DNA of 64,000 nucleotides from Thalia democratica. Lineage: Eukaryota. Below are positions 40,070 through 54,268 of this stretch, one piece after another. The number at the start of each line of letters is the position of its first letter. Position 1 is the first letter of the stretch. The translations under genes were made by a program, and so were the position numbers. The DNA lies in contig OZ241833.1 of the NCBI GenBank assembly GCA_965202585.1, positions 29,078,001 through 29,142,000 of the forward strand, in the 5' to 3' direction. The notes below the pieces were generated by a model. The model saw only the letters and a program-made list of their open reading frames with translations, made no database searches and was not told the DNA's origin.

Positions 40070-43000
40070 TTAACTTATTTTTAATTTTTTTTTAACTGCG
40101 ACGGTGCTTCTTTTTTTAAAGTTTTGATTTTTGTTCAGGTTCCTCCCGAACCCCTCATTCATTTTCCTTCTTCTGGGAACTCCCCTGCTTCTTCTGGGGC
40201 TGCCCCGGAGCTTTCCCTTGTCCCTAGCATCATTCCTCATTTGCTGGTAGCTTCTCATCCCGTCTGCATTCTCGAGGTTTCGGAAACGGGGGTTTCCGGT
40301 GGAGCGCGGGAACCGGAAGCTATTTTCGTCTTTCGCCATCCTGGAATTTCTCCTGAAAGAAGAACGTTTCTTCTTGCTTGGGTAGCTTCCACCTTCAAAC
40401 AGTATTTGAAATTTATGCTGCTTTAAAACGTAAATCTGTATTATCAGGAAGACTAAATTTTGTTATGAGATTAAAGTTCAAACAAAAACTGTGCAAAAAC
40501 AAAAAATAATTATTTTCTACCTTTGCCGTAGTTTTGGTTTTCAAAGTCTTCGTTATCCCATTCTGGCATCAAGTCATTTTCAAAGTGATCTCGGCTTTTA
40601 CCGGCTGAAAATCTGGGGCGATTGAAACCTTTCACATTGGGCTTTTTCTGAGCGTCAAATTTCTTGGCAGTGTGCCAATCGTTACCACCAAACGAAAATT
40701 CAGTTTTCCCGCGCAAAAATCGCATGCGTTTTTCGAATCTGGGGCGATTGAAATCTTTTACGTTGTATTTTTTCCGAGAGTCCGCTTTCTCGACATTGCG
40801 CCAATCTTCACCATCAAGCGAAGGTTCAGTTTTCCCGCGCAAAGATCGCATAATTTTTTCGAATCTGGGGCGGTCCTGGTTTCGATCGTGTCTTCCCTTA
40901 TTAGTATTTTTCGGAAATTCCCGTTGGGTGCCGTCCCAAACAAAGTCATTATTTCTGGGATACCCGTATTCATCTTCTACGCTTTTTTTTGGTTGTCTAG
41001 TTCCGTCCCAAACAAAACCCTGGTCAACACCGTCAAGGGGATTGTAATGGGGTAAAGTTCGCTTCTTTTTTTCGAACTTGAGGCGGCCCCGGTTGTTGAT
41101 GCCATCTAGATGTTCACCGGCTGGAGCTTTGCTTTTCGAAGGTGATCCGGGTTTTTGAGGGCGTTTTTTATCAATGTTCGTTTTCGGTAAGAGGTAGTCC
41201 CAAAAAAAATCAGAGTCCACATCGTCATAAACCAGACCGGAGTCATTTGCGTTTCGGCTGAAGTCCTCCTCATACCACTTTTTCTTTCGGACTTGATTTC
41301 TTTTAGGACTTTTTTTGGGAAATCGGAAGCTTTCTACAGGCAGATCATCATAAGGATGTTTAGAATCGACATGACCTTTAAGCCGGTATTTCGTTGGTCT
41401 TTTGTTGGAGGTTTTATGAGATCGTATAGCAGCAAGACGTTTCTCAATCCAATCATCTAGATCAACTTCTCCCGATTTTTTACCATACGGGTTGTCAGAA
41501 TCATAAACATATCCTTCGAGCTGGTCTTTTTCACGTATGTTGATGGGATCTTCCGGAAATTTTCTGACAAGAGGTTTTTTAACGGGGTCTTTCGGAAACC
41601 TATAAGGAGGACGGTCGGTGAGATTTTTTGGAATTTTACCAAAAGGTGTTTTGTTGTTGGAGGTTTTCGGAGATCGTCTAGCAGCAAGACGTTTTTCAAT
41701 CAAATCCTCTAGGTCAAAATCTGCAGGTTTTTTACCATACGGATTATCAGAATCATAAACATATCCTTCGAGCTCTATATTACGTATGTTGATGTGATCT
41801 TCCGGAAGTTTTCTGGGAAGAGGTAATTTAACGTCCGGAAATATATAAGGAGGACGGTTGGTGAGATTTTTTGGAATTTTACCAAAAGGTGGTTTGTTGT
41901 TGGAGGTATTTGGAGAACGTCTAGCAGCAAGACGTTTTTCAATCAAATCCTCTAGGTCAAAATCTGCAGGTTTGTTACCATACGGATTATCAGAATCATA
42001 AACATATCCTTCGAGCTGGTCTTTATTACGTATGTTGATGGGATCTTCCGGAAATCTACTGACAAGAGATTTTTTAACGGGGTCTTTCGGAAACCGGTAA
42101 ACAGGACGTTTTTTGATGTTTATTGGAATTTTACGATTAGGTGGTTTGTTGTTGGGCTTTCGATTGGACGGTTTCCGCCCAACACGGGTTCTATCATTGA
42201 CATCCCGTAGATTTTCACCCGTAGGTTTTTTGTTGACAGGATATTCGGGTTCGCCGTATTCGTGCTCCCCTTTCGGTTGCCTGGTAAACCTGGGACTTGG
42301 GGTTTTCGAGTAAGACCTGCCTTCGACGGGATTTCCGTCGACGGGGTAATGGTACTTGTCGTTCGGGTCGGCGGTGACAGGCTTGTACTTATTTTTTTCA
42401 CCGCCGTCCCAAACAAAGTCTTTGTTCCTCGGGTACTTGTTTTCATCAAACACACTCCTCTTTGGTTTGTTGTCAACATACGGAACCTCACTGGGATGCA
42501 CTTTGGTGAGATTACCGGGAAGTATCTCCCACCTGGGCAGCGGGGGCAGCTCTTCCCACGGATTTTTCTTCCGGCCATTCGCGGGTTTGTCGTTGGGATT
42601 CCATGGTCTACCTACGGGAGGTACTTTAACGTAATCTCGATCACTCGGAAACCCTACAACTTCAGGATCTACAAGGGCAGGGAACTGTTTTCGTACTGGA
42701 GGTCTGCCAATGGCAGGAAATCTGGGTCCGTCGTTGGCGGGAAATTGTCGGCCTGCAGGAGGTTTGCCGATCAGAGGAAACCGAGGTTTCTGATTGGGTT
42801 TTGTAACAGGCATCGGCTCTCCAATTGGCCATAACTTCGGAGGGTTTTTGGGTCTGGGTTTTTTTGGTCTGCCTGCTGGAGGATTGCCAAATGGAGGGTT
42901 GTTTGGACCTGTCGGTTTCAAACTTGGGTCTGTTCCAGGGCTAGGCATTAAGCGAGGTCGTCTACAAAAAAATATCAGGTCTACTTGCCTGTAACTTTTT

Positions 43001-43767
43001 AAATGATGTACAAAATCATAATAAACTATATCGCAACATATTATGTGAAACAAAAAGTGCTTAATAAAAAACAGTTTTCAAATACCTTTAATTGATTAAC
43101 TTTGTTACTCATTGAAAATACAACGTTCAAACTTAAAACAAGGTAAAAAAAAGTCTGCTAAAAATGGAAGGTTTTTAATCTTATCAAACTTAAGGAGGTG
43201 TAGTTAAATTTAGAAGTTAGACTGAAATAAAAATATCAACTAACGGTGTCGGAGTATTGATTATTGGACGCGGGAGAGGTCTCGGATTGAACCGAGAGTT
43301 CCTACAAAACATTTTTTATTTACATTTTATAAAAATATTTGACCTTAACAGGTGTGCATTAAACAAATAAACTAATAAGCTGTGGTTCGAAAAAAAATAC
43401 TTTTTTTTTTTGTTTTGAAAAAACAATGCTTTTATTATATTAAAGTAGAAAAACTCGTTTAAGATGTGAGCTTTTAGTTAAATTTAATACAATAAGATTT
43501 AACTAAATTAAAACTTAACCTGAAAAAGAAGGAAGTCAGTGATGAGAAGCAAAAAAAAAGGATAAATCAAAATAAAACAATCAACTAACGGCTTAACGTA
43601 ATTATTACTGGTTCCGATTGACGCGTACATACCGTACGTTCCGTACATCAGCAGGAGGACCGCTCCCACGAACGATCCGATTCTCAGCGGGCTGAAGACG
43701 AGGTCCTCTTCGTCATCTTCGTAGTCGAGTTCCGTCTGCGCCTGACCGTTCCTCCTCGGATTGGAGC
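40070..43767 (-). CDS. Array copy 4: 5'-truncated exon A, intact exon B, exon C extended by 15 codons
   Basis: Exon A remnant 43590-43767, exon B 40521-42961 (open), exon C 40070-40392. The usual TAA is lost at the T/A-run, giving ...NQNFKKRSTVAVKKKLKIS*. Confidence 0.7.
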
Positions 43768-44726
43768 GTTGTTCAGAATAACGTATAACAAACAAAAATG
43801 TATAATCGGTAGTTAAGTTGTACAACAAATTTTTCTTAAAACCATAACTTAGGCCTATTGACTTGTTTTAAACTTTTTATAAATGTAAATAAATACTTAT
43901 AACATTAGATTAGTTTAGAACAAGACAAGCTAAGTAAGCAAACAGGAAAAGAAATATACAAAAATTGTTGGCTACAATAGCTTCCTTGCTAAAAAATTAA
44001 TACAATACTAGCACTGAGATGTTTCTTACTTTTACGTTAACGGTAATTGAGTTACTAATTTAACTGCGCAACATTTATAAATAGATTTTATAAAAGACCG
44101 TGCAAATGAACTTATATATATATATATATGTATGTTTTAACGTCCTGTACAAGATGTTAAAAAGTATCCATGGTGTGCGACTCGATAACTGAAAGGTTTT
44201 TCGTGCTTCAGGTCCTAGGACTAACTTTTTTGAGCGATTTTTTTGTCTTTCCATAAACTATATATATATATGTATATGCATATACAAGAAATACTAAATT
44301 AATAAACTAAAAATATTTGAAATAAAAAACAACCTAGTTTGGTTAAATTATTTTATAATCGTTGATATTGGTTTAATATTCTTATTTTTTTACTGGTAAA
44401 ATATTTTAATTTAAGTTCACTACAAGAATTTCCTTACTAGAAAAAATAAATACAAAACTAGATGAGAAGTTTACAATTTTTATTCCAACAGTAATTTTGT
44501 TATTAACTTTGCTAGGTAACATTTTTAAAGCTATCATATCAAAGACTTTGAAATTGTACCTACTAATTAATATTTTACATGTTATGAAACAAATAAAAAC
44601 AAACAAGTTTTGTTAAGTTATTTTATTATTATTTTATTAATATTTATACTTACTTCACGCATTTTTACTGCTCATATACTTTAACTTATTTTTAATTTTT
44701 TTTTTAACTGCGACGGTGCTTCTTTT

Positions 44727-47700
44727 TTAAAAGTTTTGATTTTTGTTCAGGTTCCTCCCGAACCCCTCATTCATTTTCCTTCTTCTGGGAACTCCCCTGC
44801 TTCTCCTGGGGCTGCCCCGGAGCTTTCCCTTGTCCCTAGCATCATTCCTCATTTGCTGGTAGCTTCTCATCCCGTCTGCATTCTCGAGGTTTCGGAAACG
44901 GGGGTTTCCGGTGGAGCGCGGGAACCGGAAGCCATTTTCGTCTTTCGCCATCCTGGAATTTCTCCTGAAAGAAGAACGTTTCTTCTTGCTTGGGTAGCTT
45001 CCACCTTCAAACAGTATTTGAAATTTATGCTGCTTTAAAACGTAAATCTGTATTATCAGGAAGACTAAATTTTGTTATGAGATTAAAGTTCAAACAAAAC
45101 CTGTGCAAAAACAAAAAAATAAGTATTTTCTACCTTTGCCATAGTTTTGGTTTTCAAAGTCTTCGTTATCCCATTCTGGCATCAAGTCATTTTCAAAGTG
45201 ATCTCGGCTTTTACCGGCTGAAAATCTGGGGCGATTGAAACCTTTCACATTGGGTTTTTTCCGAGAGTCCGCTTTCTCGACATTGCGCCAATCGTCGCCA
45301 TCAAGCGAAGGTTCAGTTTTCCCGCGCAAAGATCGCATAATTTTTTCGAATCTGGGGCGATTGAAATCTTTTACGTTGTATTTTTTACGAGAGTCCGTTT
45401 TCTCGACATTGCGCCAATCGTCGCCATCAAGCGAAGGTTCAGTTTTCCCGCGCAAAGATCGCATAATTTTTTCGAATCTGGGGCGGTCCTGGTTTCGATC
45501 GTGTCTTCCCTTATTAGTCTTTTTCGGAAATTCCCGTTGGGTGCCGTCCCAAACAAAGTCATTATTTCTGGGATACCCGTATTCATCTTCTACGCTTTTT
45601 TTTGGTTGTCTAGTTCCGTCCCAAACAAAACCCTGGTCAACACCGTCAAGGGGATTGTAATGGGGTAAAGTTCGCTTCTTTTTTTCGAACTTGAGGCGGC
45701 CCCGGTTGTTGATGCCATCTAGATGTTCACCGGCTGGAGCTTTGCTTTTCGAAGGTGATCCGGGTTTTTGAGGGCGTTTTTTATCAATGTTCGTTTTCGG
45801 TAAGAGGTAGTCCCAAAAAAATCAGAGTCCACATCGTCATAAACCAGACCTGAACCATCTGCGTTTCGGCTGAAGTCCTCCTCATACCACTTTTTCTTTC
45901 GGACTTGATATCTTTTAGGACTTTTTTTGGGAAATCGGAAGCTTTCTACAGGCAGATCATCATAAGGATGTTTAGAATCGACATGACCTTTAAGCCGGTA
46001 TTTTGTTGGTCTTTTGTTGGAGGTTTTATGAGATCGTATAGCAGCAAGACGTTTCTCAATCCAATCATCTAGATCAACTTCTCCCGGTTTTTTACCATAC
46101 GGGTTGTCAGAATCATAAACATATCCTTCGAGCTGGTCTTTTTCACGTATGTTGATGGGATCTTCCGGAAATTTTCTGGGAAGAGGTAATATAACGTCCG
46201 GAAACATATAAGGAGGACGGTTGGTGAGATTTTTTGGAATTTTACCAAAAGGTGGTTTGTTGTTGGAGGTATTTGGAGAACGTTTAGCAGCAAGACGTTT
46301 TTCAATCAAATCTTTTAGTCAAAATCTGCAGGTTTGTTACCATACGGATGATCAGAATCATAAACAAATCCTTCGAGCTGGTCTTTATTACGTATGTTGA
46401 TGGGATCTTCCGAAAATCTTCTGACAAGAGGTTTTTTAACGGGGTCTTTCGGAAACCGGTAAGCAGGACGTTTTTTGATGTTTATTGGAATTTTACGAAA
46501 AGGTGGTTTGTTGTTGGGCTTTTTGTTAGACGGTTTCCACCCAACACGGGTTCTATCATTGACATCCCGTAGATTTTCACCCGTAGGTTTTTTGTTGACA
46601 GGATATTCGGGTTCGCCGTATTCGTGCTCCCCTTTCGGTTGCCTGGTAAACCTGGGACTTGGGTTTTTCGAGTAAGACCTGCCTTCAACGGGGTTACCGT
46701 CGACGGGGTAATGGTACTTGTCGTTCGGGTCGGCGGTGACAGGCTTGTACTTTTTTTTTTCACCGCCGTCCCAAACAAAGTCTTTGTTCCTCGGGTACAT
46801 GTTTTCATCAAACACACTCCTCATTGGTTTGTTGTCAACATACGGAACCTCACTGGGATGCACTTTGATGAGATTACCGGGAAGTATCTCCCACCTGGGC
46901 AGCGGGGGCAGCTCTTCCCACGGATTTTTCTTCCGGCCATTCGCGGGTTTGTCGTTGGGATTCCATGGTCTACCTACGGGAGGTACTTTAACGTAATCTC
47001 GATCACTTGGAAACCCTACAACTTCAGGATCTACAAGGGCAGGGAATTGTTTTCGTACTGGAGGTCTGTCAATGGCAGGAAATGGTTTTTGTACAGGAGG
47101 TCTGTCAATGGCGGGAAATGGCTTTTGTACTGGAGGTCTGTCAATGGCGGGAAATCTGGGTCCGTCGTTGGCGGGAAATTGTCGGCCTGCAGGAGGTTTG
47201 CCGATCGGAGGAAACCGAGGTTTCTGATTGGGTTTTGTAACAGGCAGCGGCTCTCCAATTGGCCATAACTTCGGAGGGTTTTTGGGTATGGGTTTTTTTG
47301 GTCTGCCTGCTGGAGGATTGCCAAATGGAGGGTTGTTTGGACCTGTCGGTTTCAAACTTGGGTCTGTTCCAGGGCTAGGCATTAAGCGAGGTCGTCTACA
47401 AAAAATATCAGGTCTACTTTCCAGTAACTTTTTAAATGATGTACAAAATCATAATAAACTATATCGCAACATATTATGTGAAACAAAAAATGCATAATAA
47501 AAAACAGTTTTAAAATACCTTTAATTAATTAACTCTGTTACTCATTGAAAATACAACGTTCAAACTTAAAACAAGTCTGCTAAAAAAGTCTGCTAAAAAT
47601 GGAAGGTTTTTAATCTTATCAAACTTAAGGAGGTGTAGTTAAATTTAGAAGTTAGACTGAAATAAAAATATCAACTAACGGTGTCGGAGTATTGATTATT

Positions 47701-48206
47701 GGACGCGGGAGAGGTCTCGGATTGAACCGAGGGTTCCTACAAAACATTTTTTATTTACATTTTATAAAAATATTTGACCTTAACAGGTGTGCTTTAAACA
47801 AATAAATTAATAAGCTGTGGCTTGAAAAAAAAAAACTTAAATTTTGTTTTTTTCAAAAAACAGTGTTTTTATTAAATTAAAGTAGAAAAACTCGTTTAAG
47901 ATGTGGTGTTTTAGTTAAATTTAATACAATAAGATGTAAATAAATCAAAACTTAACCTAAAAAAGAAGTAAGTCCGTGATGAGAAGCAAGAAAAAAAAGG
48001 ATAAATCAAAATAAAACAATCAACCAACGGTTTAACGTAATTATTACTGGTTCCGATTGACGCGTACATACCGTACGTTCCGTACATCAGCAGGAGGACT
48101 GCTCCCACGAACGATCCGATCCTCAGCGGGCTGAAGACGAGGTCCTCTTCGTCGTCTTCGTAGTCGAGCTCCGTCTGCGCCTGACCGTTTCTTCTCGGAC
48201 TGGAGC
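44727..48206 (-). pseudogene. Array copy 3: 5'-truncated, with two -1 frameshifts in exon B
   Basis: Exon A remnant 48029-48206, exon B 45134-47395, exon C 44727-45004. One base is missing at ~46318 (FD*) and one in the T-run at ~45815 (7 vs 8 in copies 1, 2, 4). Either could be a sequencing error. Confidence 0.6.
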
Positions 48207-48359
48207 GTTGTTCAGAATAACGTATAACAAACAAAAATGTATAATCGGTAGTTAAGTTGTAGAACAAATTTTGCTCAAAACCATAACTTAGGCCTATTGA
48301 CTTGTTTTAAACTTTTTATAAATGTAAATAAATACTTATAACATTAGATTAGTTTAGAA

Positions 48360-48747
48360 CAGGGTTTCCCAAACTTTTTTGCTAATGGCCCCCTTTAAAG
48401 AGTTTGAAAAAGTAATGGCCCCCTTCAACATATAGATTACTCATAAACTACGATAAAATATACATAAGACCTTTTTTTTTTTTTTTTGCTCTTCATCTGA
48501 AACTCAAGAATATCTAGTGTAAATTTCTAAACTGCCATAAAATACACATAAGACCTTTTTTTTTTTTTTGCTCTTCATCTGCAACTCAAGAATATCTAGT
48601 GTAAGTTTCAAGTTATGGCCTCATGGCCCCCCTGTGGCTCCTTTACTGCTCATGGCCCCCCCCCTCTTCCCCCTTTACTGCTCATGGCCCCCTGAGTATC
48701 TGTCATGGCCCCCTAGGGGGCCACTTGGCCCACTTTGGGAAACCCTG
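48360..48747. mobile_element. hAT (Buster-like) MITE, 388 bp, inserted in one spacer of the array
   Basis: TIRs CAGGGTTTCCCAAA/TTTGGGAAACCCTG; exact 8-bp TSD GTTTAGAA (48352-48359 and 48748-48755) with central TA; the other spacers show the empty site. Confidence 0.95.
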
Positions 48748-49564
48748 GTTTAGAACAAGACAAGCTAAGTAAGCAAACAGGAAAAGAAATATACAAAAAG
48801 TGTTGGCTACAATAGCTTCCTTGCTAAAAAATTAATACAATACTAGCGCTGAGATGTTTCTTACTTTTACGTTAACGGTAATTGAGTTACTAATTTAACT
48901 GCGCAACATTTAAAAATAGATTTTATAAAAGACCGTGCAAATGAACTTATATATATATATATATATATATGTTATAACGTCCTGTACAAGATGTTAAAAA
49001 GTATCCATGGTGTGCGACTCGATAACTGAAAGGTTTTTCGTGCTTCAGGTCCTAGGACTAACTTTTTTGAGCGATTTTTTTGTCTTTCCATAAACTATAT
49101 ATATATATGTATATGCATATACAAGAAATACTAAATTAATAAACTAAAAATATTTAAAATACAAAAACAACCTAGTTTGGTTAAATTATTTTATAATCGT
49201 TGATATTGGTTTAATATTCTTATTTTTTTACTGGTAAAATATTTTAATTTAAGTTCACTACAAGAATTTCCTTACTAGAAAAAATAAATACAAAACTAGA
49301 TGAGAAGTTTACAATTTTTATTCCAACAGTAATTTTGTTATTAACTTTGCTAGGTAACATTTTTAAAGCTATCATATCAAAGACTTTGAAATTGTACCTA
49401 CTAATTATTATTTTACATGGTATGAAACAAATAAAAACAAACAAGTTTTGTTAAGTTATTTTATTATTATTTTATTAATATTTATACTTACTTTACGCAT
49501 TTTTACTGCTCATATACTTTAACTCATTTTTAATTTTTTTTTTAACTGCGACGGTGCTTCTTTT

Positions 49565-52500
49565 TTAAAAGTTTTGATTTTTGTTCAGGTTCCTCCCGAA
49601 CCCCTCATTCATTTTCCTTCTTCTGGGAACTCCCCTGCTTCTCCTGGGGCTGCCCCGGAGCTTTTCCTTGTCCCTAGCATCATTCCTCATTTGCTGGTAG
49701 CTTCTCATCCCGTCTGCATTCTCGAGGTTTCGGAAACGGGGGTTTCCGGTGTAGCGCGGGAACCGGAAGCCATTTTCGTCTTTCGCCATCCTGGAATTTC
49801 TCCTGAAAGAAGAACGTTTCTTCTTGCTTGGGTAGCTTCCACCTTCAAACAGTATTTGAAATTTATGCTGCTTTAAAACGTAAATCTGTATTATCAGGAA
49901 GACTAAATTTTGTTATGAGATTAAAGTTTAAACAAAACCTGTGCAAAAGCAAAAAAATAAGTATTTACTACCTTTGCCGTAGTTTTGGTTTTCAAAGTCT
50001 TCGTTATCCCATTCTGGCATCAAGTCATTTTCAAGGTTATCTCGGCTTTTACCGGCTGAAAATCTGGGGCGATTGAAACTTTTCACATTGGGCTTTTTCT
50101 GAGCGTCAAATTTCTTGGCAGTGTGCCAATCGTTACCACCAAACGAAAATTCAGTTTTCCCGCGCAAAGATCTCATGCGTTTTTCGAATCTGGGGCGATT
50201 GAAATCTTTTACGTTGTATTTTTTACGAGAGTCCGTTTTCTCGACATTGCGCCAATCGTCGCCATCAAGCGAAGGTTCAGTTTTCCCGCGCAAAGATCGC
50301 ATAATTTTTTCGAATCTGGGGCGGTCCCGGTTTCGATCGTGTCTTCCCTTATTAGTCTTTTTCGGAAATTCCCGTTGGGTGCCGTCCCAAACAAAGTCAT
50401 TATTTCTGGGATACCCGTATTCATCTTCTACGCTTTTTTTTGGTTGTCTAGTTCCGTCCCAAAAAAAACCCTGGTCAACACCGTCAAGGGGATTGTAATG
50501 GGGTAAAGTTCGCTTTTTTTTTTCGAACTTGAGGCGGCCCCGGTTGTTGATGCCATCTAGATGTTCACCGGCTGGAGCTTTGCTTTTCGAAGGTGATCCG
50601 GGTTTTTGAGGGCGTTTTTTATCAATGTTCGTTCTCGGTAAGAGGTAGTCCCAAAAAAAATCAGAGTCCACATCGTCATAAACCAGACCGGAATCATCTG
50701 CGTTTCGGCTGAAGTCCTCCTCATACCACTTTTTCTTTCGGACTTGATATCTTTTAGGACTTTTTTTGGGAAATCGGAAGCTTTCTACAGGCAGATCATC
50801 ATAAGGATGTTTAGAATCGACATGACCTTTAAGCCGGTATTTCGTTGGTCTTTTGTTGGAGGTTTTATGAGATCGTATAGCAGCAAGACGTTTCTCAATC
50901 CAATCATCTAGATCAACTTCTCCCGGTTTTTTACCATACGGGTAGTCAGAATCATAAACATATCCTTCGAGCTGGTCTTTTTCACGTATGTTGATGGGAT
51001 TTTTAGGAAATTTTCTGACAAGAGGTTTTTTAACGCGGTCTTTCGGAAACCTATATGGAGGACGGTCGGTGAGATTTTTTGGAATTTTACCAAAAGGTGG
51101 TTTGTTGTTGGAGGTTTTCGGAGATCGTCTAGCAGCAAGACGTTTCTCAATCAAATCTTTTAGTTTTAAATCTGCAGGTTTTTTACCATACGGATTATCA
51201 GAATCATAAACATATCCTTCGAGCTGGTCTATATTACGTATGTTGATGGGATCTTCCGGAAATTTTCTGGGAAGAGGTAATTTAACGTCCGGAAACATAT
51301 AAGGAGGACGGTTGGTGAGATTTTTTGGAATTTTACCAAAAGGTGGTTTGTTGTTGGGCTTTTTGTTAGACGGTTTCCGCCCAACACGGGTTCTATCATT
51401 GACATCCCGTAGATTTCCACCCGCAGGTTTGTTACCATACGGATTATCAGAATCATAAACATATCCTTCGAGCTGGTCTATATTACGTATGTTGATGGGA
51501 TCTTCCGGAAATTTTCTGACAAGAGGTTTTTTAACGGGGTCTTTCGGAAACCGGTAAGCAGGACGTTTTTTGATGTTTATTGGAATTTTACGAAAAGGTG
51601 GTTTGTTGTTGGGCTTTCGATTGGACGGTTTCCACCCAACACGGGTTCTATCATTGACATCCCGTAGATTTTCACCCGTAGGTTTTTTGTTGACAGGATA
51701 TTCGGGTTCGCCGTATTTGTGCTCCCCTTTCGGTTGCCTGGTAAACCTGGGACTTGGGTTTTTCGAGTAAGACCTGCCTTCGACGGGATTTCCGTCGACG
51801 GGGTAATGGTACTTGTCGTTCGGGTCGGCGGTGACAGGTTTGTACTTATTTTTTTTACCGCCGTCCCAAACAAAGTCTTTGTTCCTCGGGTACATGTTTT
51901 CATCAAACACACTCCTCCTTGGTTTGTTGTCAACATACGGAACCTCACTGGGATGCACTTTGATGAGATTACCGGGAAATTCCTCCCACCTGGGCAGCGG
52001 GGGCAGCTCTTCCCACGGGTTTTTCTTCGGGCCGTTCGCAGGTTTGTCGTTGGGATTCCATGGTCTACCTACGGGAGGTACTTTAACGTAATCTCGATCA
52101 CTTGGAAACCCTACAACTTTAGGATCTACAAGGGCAGGGAAATGTTTTCGTACTGGAGGTCTGTCAATGGCGGGAAATGGTTTTTGTACAGGAGGTCTGT
52201 CAATGGCGGGAAATGGTTTTTGTACTGGAGGTCTGTCAGAGGCAGGAAATCTGGGTCCGTCGTTGGCGGGAAATTGTCGGCCTGCAGGAGGTTTGCCGAT
52301 CGGAGGAAACCGAGGTTTCTGATTGGGTTTTGTAACAGGCATCGGCTCTCCAATTGGCCATAACTTCGGAGGGTTTTTGGGTCTGGGTTTTTTTGGTCTG
52401 CCTGCTGGAGGATTGCCAAATGGAGGGTTGTTTGGGCCTGTCGGTTTCAAACTTGGGTCTGTTCCAGGGCTAGGCATTAAGCGAGGTCGTCTACAAAAAA

Positions 52501-53297
52501 ATATCAGGTCTACTTTCCGGTAACTTTTTAAATGATGTACAAAATCATAATAAACTATATCGCAACATATTATGTGAAACAAAAAATGCATAATAAAAAA
52601 CAGTTTTCAAATACCTTTAATTAATTAACTCTGTTACTCATTGAAAATACAACGTTCAAACTTAAAACAAGGTAAAAAAAGTCTGCTAAAAATGGAAGGT
52701 TTTTAATCTATTCAAACTTAAGCAGGTGTAGTTAAATTTAGAAGTTAGACTGAAATAAAAATATCAGCTAACGGTGTCGGAGTATTGATTATTGGACGCG
52801 GGAGAGGTCTCGGATTGAACCGAGGGTTCCTACAAAACATTTTTTATTTACATTTTATAAAAATATTTGACCTTAACAGGTGTGCTTTAAACAAATTAAC
52901 TAATAAGCTGTGGTTTGAAAAAAAAATACTAAAATTTTTTTTTTCAAAAAACAGTGTTTTTATTAAATTAAAGTAGAAAAACTCGTTTAAGATGTGGTGT
53001 TTTAGTTAAATTTAATACAATAAGACGTAAATAAATCAAAACTTAACCTAAAAAAGAAGTAAGTCCGTGATGAGAAGCAAGAAAAAAAAGGATAAATCAA
53101 AATAAAACAATCAACCAACGGTTTAACGTAATTATTACTGGTTCCGATTGACGCGTACATACCGTACGTTCCGTACATCAGCAGGAGGACCGCTCCCACG
53201 AACGATCCGATCCTCAGTGGGCTGAAGACGAGGTCCTCTTCGTCATCTTCGTAGTCGAGCTCCGTCTGCGCCTGACCGTTCCTCCTCGGACTGGAGC
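49565..53297 (-). CDS. Array copy 2: 5'-truncated exon A with intact exons B and C
   Basis: Exon A remnant 53120-53297, exon B 49972-52490 (open), exon C 49565-49842. Lacks the MNTLQ...NQVC start region. Confidence 0.7.
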
Positions 53298-53640
53298 GTT
53301 GTTCAGAATAACGTATAACAAACAAAAATGTATAATCGGTACTTAAGTTGTAGAACAAATTTTGCTTAAAACCATAACTTAAGCCTATTGACTTGTTTTA
53401 AACTTTTTATAAATGTAAATAAATACTTATAACATTAGATTAGTTTAGAGCAAGACAAGCTAAGTAAGCAAACAGGAAAAGAAATATACAAAAATTGTTG
53501 GCTACAATAGCTTCCTTGCTAAAAAATTAATACAATACCAGCACTGAGATGTTTCTTACTTTTACGTTAACGGTAATTGAGTTACTAATTTAACTGCGCA
53601 ACATTTATAAATAGATTTTATAAAAGACCGTGCAAATGAA

Positions 53641-53682
<42 letters not shown>

Positions 53683-54268
53683 TTAACGTCCTGTACAAGA
53701 TGTTAAAAAGTATCCATGGTGTGCGACTCGATAACTGAAAGGTTTTTCGTGCTTCAGGTCCTAGGACTAACTTTTTTGAGCGATTTTTTTGTCTTTCCAT
53801 AAACTATATATATATGTATAGGCATATACAAGAAATACTAAATTAATAAACTAAAAATATTTAAAATACAAAAACAACTTAGTTTGGTTAAATTATTTTA
53901 TAATCGTTGATATTGGTTTGATATTCTTATTTTTTTACTGGTAAAATATTTCAATTTAAGTTCACTACAAGAATTTCCTTACTAGAAAAAATAAATACAA
54001 AACTAGATGAGAAGTTTACAATTTTTATTCCAACAGTAATTTTGTTATTAACTTTGCTGGGTAACATTTTTAAAGCTATCATATCAAAGACTTTGAAATT
54101 GTACCTACTAATTATTATTTTACATGGTGTGAAACAAATAAAAACAAACAAGTTTTGTTAAGTTATTTTATTATTATTTTATTAATACTTATATTACTTT
54201 ACGCATTTTTCTGCTCATATACTTTAACTTATTTTTAATTTTTTTTTAACTGCGACGGTGCTTCTTTT

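Noticed and set aside
38914-53358. ORF-track N-termini 'MFYNLTTDYTFLFVIRYSEQ' for copies 2-5
   Set aside because: These begin at TTG in spacer DNA, not ATG. A ctccag acceptor at the junction is present in copies 2, 3 and 5 but absent in copy 4, so it is not a conserved splice site.
39795-54151. 66-aa ORF MFVFICF... repeated in each spacer
   Set aside because: Non-ATG start, AT-rich, and its identity is explained by the recent duplication.
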